DNA of 64,000 nucleotides, taken from NCBI GenBank assembly GCA_036339465.1, contig JAYZAY010000011.1:64001-128000 (forward strand). Direction: 5' to 3'. Every line of letters starts with the position of its first letter. The stretch's first letter is position 1. Source of the stretch: Myxococcota bacterium (GTDB taxonomy: Bacteria; Myxococcota; XYA12-FULL-58-9; JABJBS01). This document shows positions 10,070-20,481 of the stretch, in pieces. Under the pieces are notes generated by a model that was given only the letters and a program-made list of their open reading frames with translations, made no database searches and had not been told where the DNA came from. A program made the position numbers and the translations under genes.

Positions 10070-11434
10070 ATGAGTGAGGTAGTGGCTCTGCAGCCGGAGC
10101 CTGGTCGAATTCCGCCACAAGATGTTGAAGCAGAGCGGTCAGTTCTGGGCGCCTTGTTACTAGATCCGGAGGCGAGTCAGGAAGTTCTAAGTCATCTCGA
10201 ACCAAGTGATTTTTATCGAAATACCCATACAGGTGTATTCGAGGCCGTCCTTAATCTCTTTGAGAGAAACGAAGCAATCGATGAGATCACGGTAGGCTCG
10301 GAATTGCAGAACATGGGAAAGCTGGATGGCCTCGGAGGTCGTAGCTTCCTAATGACCCTCACCGAGCGTGTTCCCACCGCTGCCAACGCCGTCCATTATG
10401 CAAAGATTGTTAAAAGTAAGTCCATGAGTCGACGGCTCATTCACGCCGCTACCACCATTGCGGGTTCGGGTTATGAGGGCACGAGTGATGTTGAAACCCT
10501 CCTCGATCAGGCAGAAGCCAAAATCTTCGAAATAACCAGTGCTAGGGCAAGCCAGACTTTTGCTCCATTAAGAAATATTGTTCGGGATGCACTTTCGAAA
10601 ATCGAATCTCTCTATGAACGTAAGGAAGCGATTACAGGCGTTCCAAGTGGGTTTAATCGACTTGATGAAATGACGGCGGGGTTTCAAGCAGGTGACCTCA
10701 TTATTGTTGCGGGACGCCCTTCTATGGGAAAGACTGCGTTAGCTCTAAATATGGCCCAGTTCGCTGCCCTCAAGAAAAAAATCCCTACTGCTCTTTTCTC
10801 TTTGGAGATGTCCAAAGAGTCATTGGTTATGCGGATGCTTTGTTCCGAAGGTCGAATTCGAGGGGACAGACTTCGGGGAGGAATGCTAAAGGATTCGGAT
10901 TGGGCCAAATTGGCAAAGGCCTGCGGGCATTTGGCTGAGGCTCCGATGTATATCGATGACAGCGGAGCACTCTCCATCCTGGAAATGCGGGCGAAATGCC
11001 GTCGCCTGAAAGCTGACAAGGGTTTGGGATTGATTGTGGTTGACTATCTCCAGTTAATGCACGGTCGAGGGGGGGGGCGTGAAGGGCGCGAACGCGAGAT
11101 CTCCGAGATTTCACGTGGTTTGAAGGCGCTTGGAAAAGAACTTCAAGTACCGGTTATTGCTTTGAGTCAGTTAAATCGCTCCTTGGAACAACGCCAAGAT
11201 AAACGTCCAATGTTAAGCGATTTACGTGAGTCCGGTGCCATCGAGCAAGATGCAGACCTCATCGCGTTTGTATATCGCGATGAGTATTACAATGAAGATT
11301 CACCCGACAAAGGGATTGCCGAAGTCATCATTGGCAAACAGCGAAATGGCGCCACAGGTACTCTAAAGTTACGTTTCTTCAACGAGTTTGTACGTTTTGA
11401 GAATCTGAGTAATGAGGAACCACCCAAACATTAA
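10070..11434 (+). CDS. dnaB: Replicative DNA helicase
   Basis: PPQDVEAERSVLG, Walker A GRPSMGKT, VDYLQLM, ALSQLNR, SDLRESGAIEQDAD. Confidence 0.98.
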   Translation: MSEVVALQPEPGRIPPQDVEAERSVLGALLLDPEASQEVLSHLEPSDFYRNTHTGVFEAVLNLFERNEAIDEITVGSELQNMGKLDGLGGRSFLMTLTERVPTAANAVHYAKIVKSKSMSRRLIHAATTIAGSGYEGTSDVETLLDQAEAKIFEITSARASQTFAPLRNIVRDALSKIESLYERKEAITGVPSGFNRLDEMTAGFQAGDLIIVAGRPSMGKTALALNMAQFAALKKKIPTALFSLEMSKESLVMRMLCSEGRIRGDRLRGGMLKDSDWAKLAKACGHLAEAPMYIDDSGALSILEMRAKCRRLKADKGLGLIVVDYLQLMHGRGGGREGREREISEISRGLKALGKELQVPVIALSQLNRSLEQRQDKRPMLSDLRESGAIEQDADLIAFVYRDEYYNEDSPDKGIAEVIIGKQRNGATGTLKLRFFNEFVRFENLSNEEPPKH

Positions 11435-11442
11435 TGGTCACT

Positions 11443-12180
11443 CTATCCTCGCGATTCCTGATAATACTTGGCGGCGTCAATGAGTGAGCCGAAGACCGCT
11501 AGGGAATGTTCTTCACCCAAAGCTTCTGGGTGCCACTGGAGACCGACGGTGAATGGTTCTTCAGTCGCCTCGATACCTTCGATAACCCCATCCGGCGCAA
11601 TACCACTGGCCATCAATCCTTGACCAACCCTTTCAACCAGTTGGTGATGGGTGCTGTTAACGCCGATAATGGATTGCCGAAAAACTCTGCGCAGGACCGA
11701 ATCTTCTTTAAGTTTCACACAATGAAAAACTTCGCTTTTCGGTGTAGGCTGCGTATGCTCAGATGTGCCCCGCCTTTCCGAGACGTCCTGATAAAGTGTA
11801 CCTCCAAATTCGATATTAATGAGTTGCATTCCACCGCAGATCCCAAGAACGGGCATTTGAACCTCGCGGGCTAACCGGAGAACAGAAAGTTCAAAATTGC
11901 TTCGTTCGGGCTTTAACTTACCCAGTTTTTGACTCCGGCTTCGTCCAAAAAACTCTGGTGGATGATCAAAATCACCGCCCGAAATGACGAGGCCATGAAT
12001 CATTTTTACGATGTTGCTTGCAAGCTCATCATGCACGTAGGGAAGTATCAGAGGGATGCCACCCCCTATTTCAACCGCCCTACAATAGTCGGAATTTAAT
12101 TGGTACGTTTGTTGATGAGAACCGCGACCATCGATATGCGAATGGTGGTCACTGGTAATGCCGATGATTGGTTGGTGCAT
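11443..12180 (-). CDS. Peptidase C26 / gamma-glutamyl-GABA hydrolase (PuuD-like) class I glutamine amidotransferase
   Basis: PIIGIT, GLVISGG, LGICGGMQ (Cys nucleophile), VNSTHHQ, GLQWHPE. Confidence 0.9.
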   Translation of the reverse strand: MHQPIIGITSDHHSHIDGRGSHQQTYQLNSDYCRAVEIGGGIPLILPYVHDELASNIVKMIHGLVISGGDFDHPPEFFGRSRSQKLGKLKPERSNFELSVLRLAREVQMPVLGICGGMQLINIEFGGTLYQDVSERRGTSEHTQPTPKSEVFHCVKLKEDSVLRRVFRQSIIGVNSTHHQLVERVGQGLMASGIAPDGVIEGIEATEEPFTVGLQWHPEALGEEHSLAVFGSLIDAAKYYQESRG

Positions 12181-12262
12181 GAAGCAGTTCTCCCTCTTGA
12201 CATAGAGTTGGGGCGTCGGTAAGCCCGTTGCCAGATCAATAAGTTCTAAACCCGGGGGCTCC

Positions 12263-12979
12263 ATGGCTCAACCCAAATTCAAACGCATTTTATTGAAACT
12301 TTCAGGCGAAGCTCTACAGGGGGATGAGGGCTATGGAATAAGCCCGCCTATCCTTGAATCTCTCGCGAGTCAGGTTAGGGAAGTTCATGAGCTTGGTGTG
12401 GAGCTTGCAATCGTGATCGGTGGGGGCAATATTATTAGAGGTGTCGCTGCTAGTGCTCAGGGTATGGATAGGGCCTCCGCTGATTACATGGGGATGCTCG
12501 CTACGGTTATCAATTCTATGGCCCTCCAAGATGCACTCGAGGCCCAAGGGCTTGCGACGCGGGTTCTCACGGCGATTGATATGCAGGAAATCGCAGAACC
12601 TTATATTCGGCGGCGAGCCATGCGCCACCTAGAATTATCACGGGTGGTGATCTTTGGCGCTGGTACAGGCAACCCCTATTTCACGACGGATACGGCTGCT
12701 TCTCTAAGGGCGAATGAAATTAACGCTGAAGTAATTTTGAAGGCCACCAAAGTTGACGGTGTCTATGATTCTGACCCCGTCAAGAATCCCGCTGCCACCA
12801 AGTTTGATAAATTGAGCTACCTAGATGTTTTACAGAAAAACCTAAGCGTTATGGATTCCACGGCGATTTCCCTTTGTCGCGACAACCAACTTCCGATAAT
12901 CATTTTCAATATGCAAGAAAGTGGTAACATACGTCGCGTAGTTCTTGGTGAATCCATCGGAACGATTGTTTCCGACTAA
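12263..12979 (+). CDS. pyrH: Uridylate kinase
   Basis: [36 protein letters not shown]. Confidence 0.98.
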   Translation: MAQPKFKRILLKLSGEALQGDEGYGISPPILESLASQVREVHELGVELAIVIGGGNIIRGVAASAQGMDRASADYMGMLATVINSMALQDALEAQGLATRVLTAIDMQEIAEPYIRRRAMRHLELSRVVIFGAGTGNPYFTTDTAASLRANEINAEVILKATKVDGVYDSDPVKNPAATKFDKLSYLDVLQKNLSVMDSTAISLCRDNQLPIIIFNMQESGNIRRVVLGESIGTIVSD

Positions 12980-13045
12980 TCTGAGTCGCTTTATCGTAGA
13001 TTTTTTAATCTTCTGACGAATAAGAATAAGGTGCGGAGCACAAAA

Positions 13046-13609
13046 ATGACCATAGAAGAAGAATGTCTGGATGAATTTAGTCTAAATATTGAGGAAACAA
13101 AGGAATCGCTCGTTACGTCACTCAAGAAACTAAGAACCGGCCGAGCCAACGTGGCTATACTGGATGGCATTCGCCTTGATTATTATGGAAGCTCCACTCA
13201 GCTTAGCCAATGTGCTCAGTTGTCAGCACCAGAACCCAGACTTCTACTGATTAAACCTTGGGAAAAGACCATCTTGGGCGACATCGAAAAGGCAATCATG
13301 ACTTCCGAGCTTGGGTTGAATCCACAAAACGACGGAGAGGTTATTCGGCTACCAATCCCTCAATTGACCGAAGAGCGCAGGAAAGACTTAGTCAAGCAAG
13401 CGAAGGCGAGAGGCGAGGAAGCTAAGATCTCCATTCGTAATCACCGCCGCTCCATCAACGACATGTTGAAAGATGCCGAAAAAGAAAAAGAGATGTCTCA
13501 GGATGACCTGAAACGCTCGATCGACAAAGTGCAGCAGGCAACGAATACTGCCGTCGAATCAATCGACCAGATTCTGAAAAAGAAAGAAGAAGAAATTTTA
13601 GCCATCTAG
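13046..13609 (+). CDS. frr: Ribosome recycling factor
   Basis: LRTGRAN, LGLNPQNDG, PQLTEERRKDL, IRNHRR. Confidence 0.97.
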   Translation: MTIEEECLDEFSLNIEETKESLVTSLKKLRTGRANVAILDGIRLDYYGSSTQLSQCAQLSAPEPRLLLIKPWEKTILGDIEKAIMTSELGLNPQNDGEVIRLPIPQLTEERRKDLVKQAKARGEEAKISIRNHRRSINDMLKDAEKEKEMSQDDLKRSIDKVQQATNTAVESIDQILKKKEEEILAI

Positions 13610-13624
13610 TAGGATTTCTCCCCG

Positions 13625-14407
13625 GTGATTGCAAACGACAACATAAAACCTCCAAAGCATTTGGCCATCATCATGGATGGAAATGGACGATGGGCCCAAG
13701 CCAAGGGGTTACCTCGTCTTGAAGGGCATCGCAGAGGTGCGGGTGTGGTTCGGTTGGTGACCACCGCAGCGAGGGAATGGGGTATCCGGTATCTGACTCT
13801 GTATTCCTTCTCCACCGAGAATTGGAAACGACCCGTCGGTGAAATCCGTGGTTTGATGAAACTCTTACGAGAGTTTTGTGAAAAAGAGCGTGATGAACTC
13901 ATGAAGAACGATATTCGACTTTCCCTCCTCGGGAGTCTTGATCGAGTTCCAAAACCCACGCGAAGGGCGTTTCAAGAATTGGCAGAGGTGACGGCTAATA
14001 ATAAGTCCATGACCCTCACATTGGCCATTGATTACGGAAGTCGGCAGGAGATTGTCGAGGCGACGCGAACAATAGCTAGGGACATCGAAATAGGAAGGCT
14101 GAAGAGCGGCCAGATAACCGAGAAACTTATCGCGACCTACCTCAACACAAATCAATTGCCCGACCCAGACTTATTGATACGCACCAGCGGTGAATATCGT
14201 TTGTCTAATTTTCTTTTATGGCAACTGGCCTACACTGAATTTTATTTCTCCGACGTATTTTGGCCCGATTTTGACCGTGGAGAATTTGCGAGAGCACTCA
14301 ATGTCTTTGGGCATCGTGAGCGACGTTTTGGACAAACGGCCTCTGGACAATCCGATGCTTCTTCTGAGCACACTCTCCAACTTTTACCATCCTTAGTGGT
14401 TCGGTAA
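13625..14407 (+). CDS. uppS: Undecaprenyl diphosphate synthase
   Basis: HLAIIMDGNGRWA, YSFSTENWKRP, RTSGEYRLSNFLLWQ. Confidence 0.97.
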   Translation: MIANDNIKPPKHLAIIMDGNGRWAQAKGLPRLEGHRRGAGVVRLVTTAAREWGIRYLTLYSFSTENWKRPVGEIRGLMKLLREFCEKERDELMKNDIRLSLLGSLDRVPKPTRRAFQELAEVTANNKSMTLTLAIDYGSRQEIVEATRTIARDIEIGRLKSGQITEKLIATYLNTNQLPDPDLLIRTSGEYRLSNFLLWQLAYTEFYFSDVFWPDFDRGEFARALNVFGHRERRFGQTASGQSDASSEHTLQLLPSLVVR

Positions 14408-14408
14408 C

Positions 14409-15218
14409 GTGCTAAAAGAGCGTATTTTATCTGCGGCGGTGTTCGCCCCGGCCTTACTGGGTGTGCTCTGGATAGGAGGGAACGCCCTTAAGATATCAAT
14501 GTTGGTTTTGGCTCTTCTCATGTCTTGGGAGTTTTTTCGTATGTGCGGCGCTCGAATAACCGGTCCACAACGGATCCTGGGTTATTTTCTCACTTTGACA
14601 GTGGCCGGTTTTCTCTTGGGATGGAATTTTGGGGTCGCAATGATTGTACTTTTACCCCTCGCCGTATTGGGAATCATGGTGGTTGCATTATGGGGAGAAC
14701 AAAATTTTTCCGAGCGATGAATCAGTATGGGACTTTTGAGTTTAGGGGTGGGGTATGCGGGGGGGCTAATTGTGTTTCTCGCTCTTCTTAGGGATTGGCC
14801 TGAGCACGGCTTAGCATTCGGTCTTTGCGCGCTCTTTTGTACTTGGGGTGCCGATACGGGGGCCTATTTCTGTGGTCGCGCTTTTGGAAAAACAAAGCTG
14901 GCGCCGATGGTATCACCAAATAAGACCATCGAGGGAGCTATTGGCGGCGTGATAACCGCAGTATTGGTAGCATTGTTTGTCTGGAAAGCTTTTGCGCTTA
15001 CGATTCCACTCATTTGGATGGTGAGCATTGGTGTCGTTGCGGGGGTTTTGGGTGTACTGGGCGATTTGTGCGAGTCGTTACTGAAAAGGGCTACTGATAC
15101 CAAGGATAGCTCACAGCTCATACCTGGTCATGGGGGCGTTCTTGATCGCTTTGATGGTGTCATGTTTGTGGCCCCGTCCGTCTATTGTTTGCTGGTTCTA
15201 GTGGAACCGTGGTTATAG
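14409..15218 (+). CDS. cdsA: Phosphatidate cytidylyltransferase interrupted by an in-frame TGA at 14718-14720
   Basis: ORFs 14409-14720 (MLKERILSA) and 14727-15218 (DTGAYFCG, SPNKTIEG, KDSSQLIPGHGGVLDRFD) are in the same frame; lies after uppS. Confidence 0.9.
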
Positions 15219-15256
15219 AATTAGATTGACTCCTGTGAAACGGCCTTGAGGTTACT

Positions 15257-16936
15257 ATGGAAATTCTTCAGAATAGCATTTACTTTATCGTCTTTATTGG
15301 CAGCTTGGTTTTGTTTCACGAACTAGGCCATTTTCTCGTTGCTAAGGCGTGCAATGTAAAGGTTTTGAGTTTTTCTATCGGTTTTGGCCCTCAAATAATA
15401 TCTTTCAAGCATGGTGAAACCGAGTACCGCATCGGCCTTCTACCCTTAGGAGGTTATGTAAAGATGGTTGGCGAGATGCCGGGGATGGATATTGAACCGG
15501 AGGATGTCGACCGCGCACTGAACTCCAAGCCTCTTTGGCAACGTACTATGGTCGTCGCCGCTGGACCCATTGCCAACTTTCTCTTGGCTTTCGTTGTTTA
15601 TCTTTACATGTTTACGGGGCTTCAGAGCTTCAACGATACAAAACTGGGGATAGTCAATGTGGGGCAGCCCGCTTGGAATGCGGGGCTTCGTCCTGGAGAT
15701 AGACTGCTTGAGATCAATGGCCAAAAAATAGAGAAATGGTCTGAATTGGCAACTTTAATCGGTGATAGGCCCGGTGAGACAATTCGCATTGTTTATGAGA
15801 GAGATGATGAACGGTACGTGGCCGAGATTCGAACCGAAGCTAAAAATGAACTCGATATGTTTAAGGAGTCTCAGTCTAGGGGAAGGATCGGGGTTTCACT
15901 CAACTACGTTTTGCCTTGGGTCGGTGTCGTGGATCCCGATAGTCCGGCAGCCTTGGCAGGAATTCAGACTGGAGATAAGATTGTTCAAATCGGGGCTAAA
16001 AAGGTGGCGGCTTGGCATGAGATTCGACAGGCATTGCGGGCCTATCGAAGCGGCCGAGCCATCACGATTTCCCTAGAGCGTAACGGCAATCCACTTTCAG
16101 TTCAGCTAACGCCCTCTGCGACTTTTCCGGATGGTTTACTGGAATCACTGCTTTTTAGTTCGGCGGATGTCCCTGGTGGGTATACTGGCCTGGTTTCTCA
16201 AGACGTCATCGTCGATAAAGTTGAATCAGGTACGCCTGCGGCAACAGCAGGTCTCGCAGTGGGGGACCGACTTTTGGCTGTGTCTATGGAGACTGAAGGG
16301 ACAGAGCAACGAAGGACGATTGGGGTTTGGGCAATGGATCTGGCCGCCCTCCAAGGAATGGATGCTCGAAATAAATTTAAACTCGAATATCAGAGAGGGC
16401 GGGAAATCATCGAAAAAACCGTTCGGCTAGAAGCAGTAGAACACACCGATGAATTAAAGAATAAAAGCACTCAATATGTATTCGGAGCGACCAATGTTTC
16501 TGGAAGCTTAAAGGCCTATAAATTCGAAGAAGACGTGTCGATCATGGATGCTTCCATGCGTGCCACTCGGCAGGTGCAACTCGATATGACCTTGATTGCA
16601 AAGGGCATTTACAAGTTGATCGAAGGGAAGGTACCTCTGGATTCTGTGGGCGGTCCAATCATGCTTTTTGTGATTGCAGAAAAGAGCGCGAAGCGGGGTA
16701 TGGACACCTTTCTTAGGATGCTTGCGGTGATTAGTGTGAATTTGGGGCTGCTCAATCTTCTGCCCATTCCGGTACTCGATGGTGGTCACTTGTTGATGTA
16801 TGCGGTCGAATTTATTCGGCATGAACCTCCGTCCATGCGATTTCGTGAGATCAGTAACATGATTGGAATTGCAGTTCTTCTTCTTCTCATGGTGGTTGTG
16901 TTCAGCAATGATATTATTCGGTTCATTATCAATTAG
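15257..16936 (+). CDS. rseP: RIP metalloprotease RseP with multiple PDZ domains
   Basis: HELGH, PLGGYVKM, AGPIANF, three PA..AG...GD PDZ-type segments, NLLPIPVLDGGH. Confidence 0.95.
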   Translation: MEILQNSIYFIVFIGSLVLFHELGHFLVAKACNVKVLSFSIGFGPQIISFKHGETEYRIGLLPLGGYVKMVGEMPGMDIEPEDVDRALNSKPLWQRTMVVAAGPIANFLLAFVVYLYMFTGLQSFNDTKLGIVNVGQPAWNAGLRPGDRLLEINGQKIEKWSELATLIGDRPGETIRIVYERDDERYVAEIRTEAKNELDMFKESQSRGRIGVSLNYVLPWVGVVDPDSPAALAGIQTGDKIVQIGAKKVAAWHEIRQALRAYRSGRAITISLERNGNPLSVQLTPSATFPDGLLESLLFSSADVPGGYTGLVSQDVIVDKVESGTPAATAGLAVGDRLLAVSMETEGTEQRRTIGVWAMDLAALQGMDARNKFKLEYQRGREIIEKTVRLEAVEHTDELKNKSTQYVFGATNVSGSLKAYKFEEDVSIMDASMRATRQVQLDMTLIAKGIYKLIEGKVPLDSVGGPIMLFVIAEKSAKRGMDTFLRMLAVISVNLGLLNLLPIPVLDGGHLLMYAVEFIRHEPPSMRFREISNMIGIAVLLLLMVVVFSNDIIRFIIN

Positions 16937-17005
16937 GTGTATCACCAATGAATGCCCTTTCTTTTTGAGTTGCCTTGGGAATCAAGGCATTTTCAGAGGT
17001 TTCCT

Positions 17006-17752
17006 GTGATCAATTTGGACAAAGCACTACTAGAATTATCGAAGGATATTGGCGGACCTATTTTGGGAATCGATACCTCCACTTCTGTGGCGACTGTCTG
17101 TACTGTGGGATGGAAGGAAGATAAAGTTGAGGAGGTTGCTTTGGATTCTAAAGCCCTTCCCTCAGAAGCTCTGGCCCAGACCATTTGTGATCTTAAACGC
17201 GAGAACAATTTTGATTTGGCTGCCCTCAAAGCTCTGGTTGTAGGATTGGGGCCTGGGTCATTTACCGGGATTCGAGTTGGGCTTTCGTTGGCGAAGGGGA
17301 TTGGTTTAGCGACTGGGTGTGGGGTGGTGGGTGTGTCAAGTTTTGCTATTGCAGCTCTTTCAACGATCCAGGATGGTTATGGGTTGGTGGTGCAAAGCTC
17401 AGGAAAGAAGGCGTTTATGGTGGGGGGATATCAAGTATCATCAGGTATGGTGTGTAAAACGGTTCTCCCGGACGTGAGTATTGATTACCATCAATTGGGA
17501 GGGACCATACAGGCTTTTAGTGAAGAGATTGGAGGTGCTTCGATGCAGATTGTTTGTCCCAATCGGCCCGAAATATTGAAAGAAAGTTATGATGATTTTC
17601 AGTTTTGCGAGGCGAAAATTGGTATGCGAGAAGGTATTTATTTCGTTCGAGAGCATATTAGAGCGGCGGATTTCGCAAGTTTAGAGAGTATTGTTCCGTC
17701 TTATTTGCGATTAACCGAGGCAGAGCGCCAACTTGGTGTTGATTCGGTTTAA
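17006..17752 (+). CDS. tsaB: tRNA t6A biosynthesis protein TsaB
   Basis: ILGIDTS, GPGSFTGIRVG, PSYLR. The GTG start is inferred from a GAGGT SD. Confidence 0.88.
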   Translation: MINLDKALLELSKDIGGPILGIDTSTSVATVCTVGWKEDKVEEVALDSKALPSEALAQTICDLKRENNFDLAALKALVVGLGPGSFTGIRVGLSLAKGIGLATGCGVVGVSSFAIAALSTIQDGYGLVVQSSGKKAFMVGGYQVSSGMVCKTVLPDVSIDYHQLGGTIQAFSEEIGGASMQIVCPNRPEILKESYDDFQFCEAKIGMREGIYFVREHIRAADFASLESIVPSYLRLTEAERQLGVDSV

Positions 17753-17781
17753 GGTAACGATTCTGAAAATCTCTGGTTCCA

Positions 17782-20241
17782 CTATGGGATTTCCTCATCA
17801 TTTTCCATGTCTTCAATAAAGATGCTCTGTCGGTTTTCTGCGGGGTCGGCGATAGGTGTATCGGTAAAATACGCACTAGGAACGACATATTTTTCGACCG
17901 ATTCACCGGGGATAGTTTCAGTGGCGCCAGCGGCGGCAACCGTTGTGATCCCCTCTGGAGTTTCAAATGGATGGGCGGGGTAGTTCTTAAGGGTTTTTTC
18001 GAAAAAGTCGACCCAGATTGGCAATGCGGTCGAGCTCCCCGTAGCTCTGCCTAAGTTCATATTGTTGTCAAACCCGATCCAGACACCGGCGACGAGATTA
18101 CTACTATAGCCCACAAACCACGCATCTTTTGGCCCGTTTGTTGTTCCAGTCTTTCCAGCCAATGGGCGATTTAGCTTTTTGGCCTTTTGTGCGGTTCCGT
18201 TTTGAACAACTGATTCCAGCATATTTGTTACCATAAATGCGAGCTCGGGAGGGATTGCTAGTTGGGAGGTCATTTTGTGTTCGTATGTAATATCACCATT
18301 GTATTTGACGATTTTACGGATAAGCACGGGGGATTCATTTAAACCTCCACTCGCAAAGGTTGCATATGCATTCACAATTTCTAGGGGGCTGACTTCACCG
18401 GTTCCCAATGCAAGGGTGAGATTACTCGGTTGGGTTGAACGAATGCCCACTTTTTGAATCATTTCGAGGCTTTTTGACAAACCGACGCGCTCCAAGAGCT
18501 TTATGGCACAGGTATTCTTGGATTTAGCCAGAGCGTCTCGGTAGCTAATATTACCGTCGAATTTGCCGTCCTGATAATTTTGTGGTTTCCAGGTTTTTCC
18601 TGTCCATGGATCCCGAATGACCACGGGTGCATCTTGGCACATCGATCGTGGGCTAATGATTCGTTGGTGCAGGGCGGCTGCGTATATCATGGGTTTTAGG
18701 GCTGAACCGGGTTGTCGTTTTGCGTTGAGCGCCCGATTGAAGTCACCGGCGTGAAAATCGTAACCACCCACCACTGCTCTCACTTCTCTCCTGTGTGGAT
18801 CGATAGCGACCACTGCACCCTGTGCTTTTGGGATGGGGATGAGTTTTGCCCGGAGCGATTTTGTATCGTTGAAAGGTAAGACTTCAATTCGGACGAGATC
18901 CCCGATTTCAAGGATCCTTGAAGGAATGACGACCAAAGGAGTAGGCGTTTCTGGTGAAAATTTTCGTAGCCATGGAATGTCGGTGGTTGAGAGTAATATT
19001 TTGTGATGGCCAATACTTACGGAAAAAGATTTTGCAGCGTCATCGATCCCTATAATTGGACAGGTAATACGAAGTCCCTTCTTAAGAACTCGAATTTTAA
19101 GCGATTGGATACTCCTACTATCGACGTGTTTTGTGGTTCTCGCTATTTTAGCAAAATCAAAAACATAGTTGTCAGCCCGAGGCGAATGTGGTTCTATTTT
19201 TCTTTTTCGGAGAAACGAGTCCAAACTTTTTTGAGCCATCTGAATGACCTCATTGAAGACATCAATTTCGATGCGTCCCATGGGTCCTGGATAGCCATGC
19301 TGTTTGGCCAGTTTCTCCAGCCCGTCATCCAATGCCGTTTGAGCTGCCAGTTGAAGCGGTAGGTCGATGCTGGAGAATACCTTAAACCCATTCTCGAAAA
19401 TATTTTCCCTGTCGTATTTACTGAGTAATTGTTTGAGAATCCAATCGCTATACGTTGGGGCTTTGCCTAAGAACAGTCTCGATGAGAGGGGGGTTGGAGG
19501 AGCCTCCTTTTCTTCCTTATGGAAAAGAGCTTGATCGGCCCAACCATTCTTAACCATCTCCTTGAGAACATAAAGTTGACGGTTTTTGACGGCCTTTACG
19601 TCCTTCAATAGATTGTAGCGGTTGGGGCTTTTTGGGGCTGACGCGATAAATGCAGCTTCAGGTATTGTTAGGTTGCGGGCATGCTTGCCAAAGTAGGTTT
19701 GGGCGGCTTCTTCAATGCCATAGACGCCCGAACCAAAATAAATCTGGTTTAAGTAGATGTGGAGAATCTCATCTTTAGTGAGTCTTTGTTCGAGTTTCAA
19801 TGAGAGAAACGCCTCTTTAAGTTTTCGGGTGTACGATCTTTCATCGCCAACGAGGAGTGTCTTGACCAGCTGTTGGGTGATCGTGCTTGCACCTTGAAGA
19901 CGTGCCCCAGGCCGCAAGTTTTTGACAAATGCCCTCGTGATTCCAACTAAATCGAGGCCGGGGTGGTCATAGAAGCTTGAGTCTTCAGCGGCGAGAAAAG
20001 CGTGAATGACATATTTGGGTAAGGAATCGATTTGAACAACTGTTCGTCGTTGAGTGGCAAAGTGGGCGATCAGTTCACCATTTTTGGCAAAGACCTTCGT
20101 ACCCTGCGTGGGCTCGTAATCGTCAATTGTATCGATTTTGGGAAGTTCGTTAAATAACGAAATGAGGGCAATCAATGTTGCCGAAATGGTAAGGGTGGTG
20201 AGTACCAGGGCAACTTTTATTCTCTTTTTGAATTGGTCCAT
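17782..20241 (-). CDS. mrcA: Class A penicillin-binding protein 1A
   Basis: N-terminal TM. Glycosyltransferase motifs EDSSFYDH, GASTITQQ, RKLKE; transpeptidase motifs SALK, SKN, KTG. Confidence 0.93.
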   Translation of the reverse strand: MDQFKKRIKVALVLTTLTISATLIALISLFNELPKIDTIDDYEPTQGTKVFAKNGELIAHFATQRRTVVQIDSLPKYVIHAFLAAEDSSFYDHPGLDLVGITRAFVKNLRPGARLQGASTITQQLVKTLLVGDERSYTRKLKEAFLSLKLEQRLTKDEILHIYLNQIYFGSGVYGIEEAAQTYFGKHARNLTIPEAAFIASAPKSPNRYNLLKDVKAVKNRQLYVLKEMVKNGWADQALFHKEEKEAPPTPLSSRLFLGKAPTYSDWILKQLLSKYDRENIFENGFKVFSSIDLPLQLAAQTALDDGLEKLAKQHGYPGPMGRIEIDVFNEVIQMAQKSLDSFLRKRKIEPHSPRADNYVFDFAKIARTTKHVDSRSIQSLKIRVLKKGLRITCPIIGIDDAAKSFSVSIGHHKILLSTTDIPWLRKFSPETPTPLVVIPSRILEIGDLVRIEVLPFNDTKSLRAKLIPIPKAQGAVVAIDPHRREVRAVVGGYDFHAGDFNRALNAKRQPGSALKPMIYAAALHQRIISPRSMCQDAPVVIRDPWTGKTWKPQNYQDGKFDGNISYRDALAKSKNTCAIKLLERVGLSKSLEMIQKVGIRSTQPSNLTLALGTGEVSPLEIVNAYATFASGGLNESPVLIRKIVKYNGDITYEHKMTSQLAIPPELAFMVTNMLESVVQNGTAQKAKKLNRPLAGKTGTTNGPKDAWFVGYSSNLVAGVWIGFDNNMNLGRATGSSTALPIWVDFFEKTLKNYPAHPFETPEGITTVAAAGATETIPGESVEKYVVPSAYFTDTPIADPAENRQSIFIEDMENDEEIP

Positions 20242-20481
20242 TGATGCTTTTATCCAACGAAGTGATGAAACGGGCTTGATGTTGCTGGTTGGTTACGCCA
20301 AGTTCTATACCGTTCTCTCTTGGTCGGAGGTGGTTTTGTATGGCCAAATGATGTTGGCAGGTGAAAAGTGAGTTTCATATCGCTCTCTTAGAGATCGTGA
20401 TGTTGAAGAATCATACTCTTCGGCAGTGGTGGCAATATATTGAATCATCGAATACTTGCAAAATTTAATGGTGGGAAAATT

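Noticed and set aside
2493..12180. ggt and the PuuD-like gene as a joint gamma-glutamyl pathway
   Set aside because: They are about 7 kb apart in separate transcription units, with no gamma-glutamyl ligase nearby.
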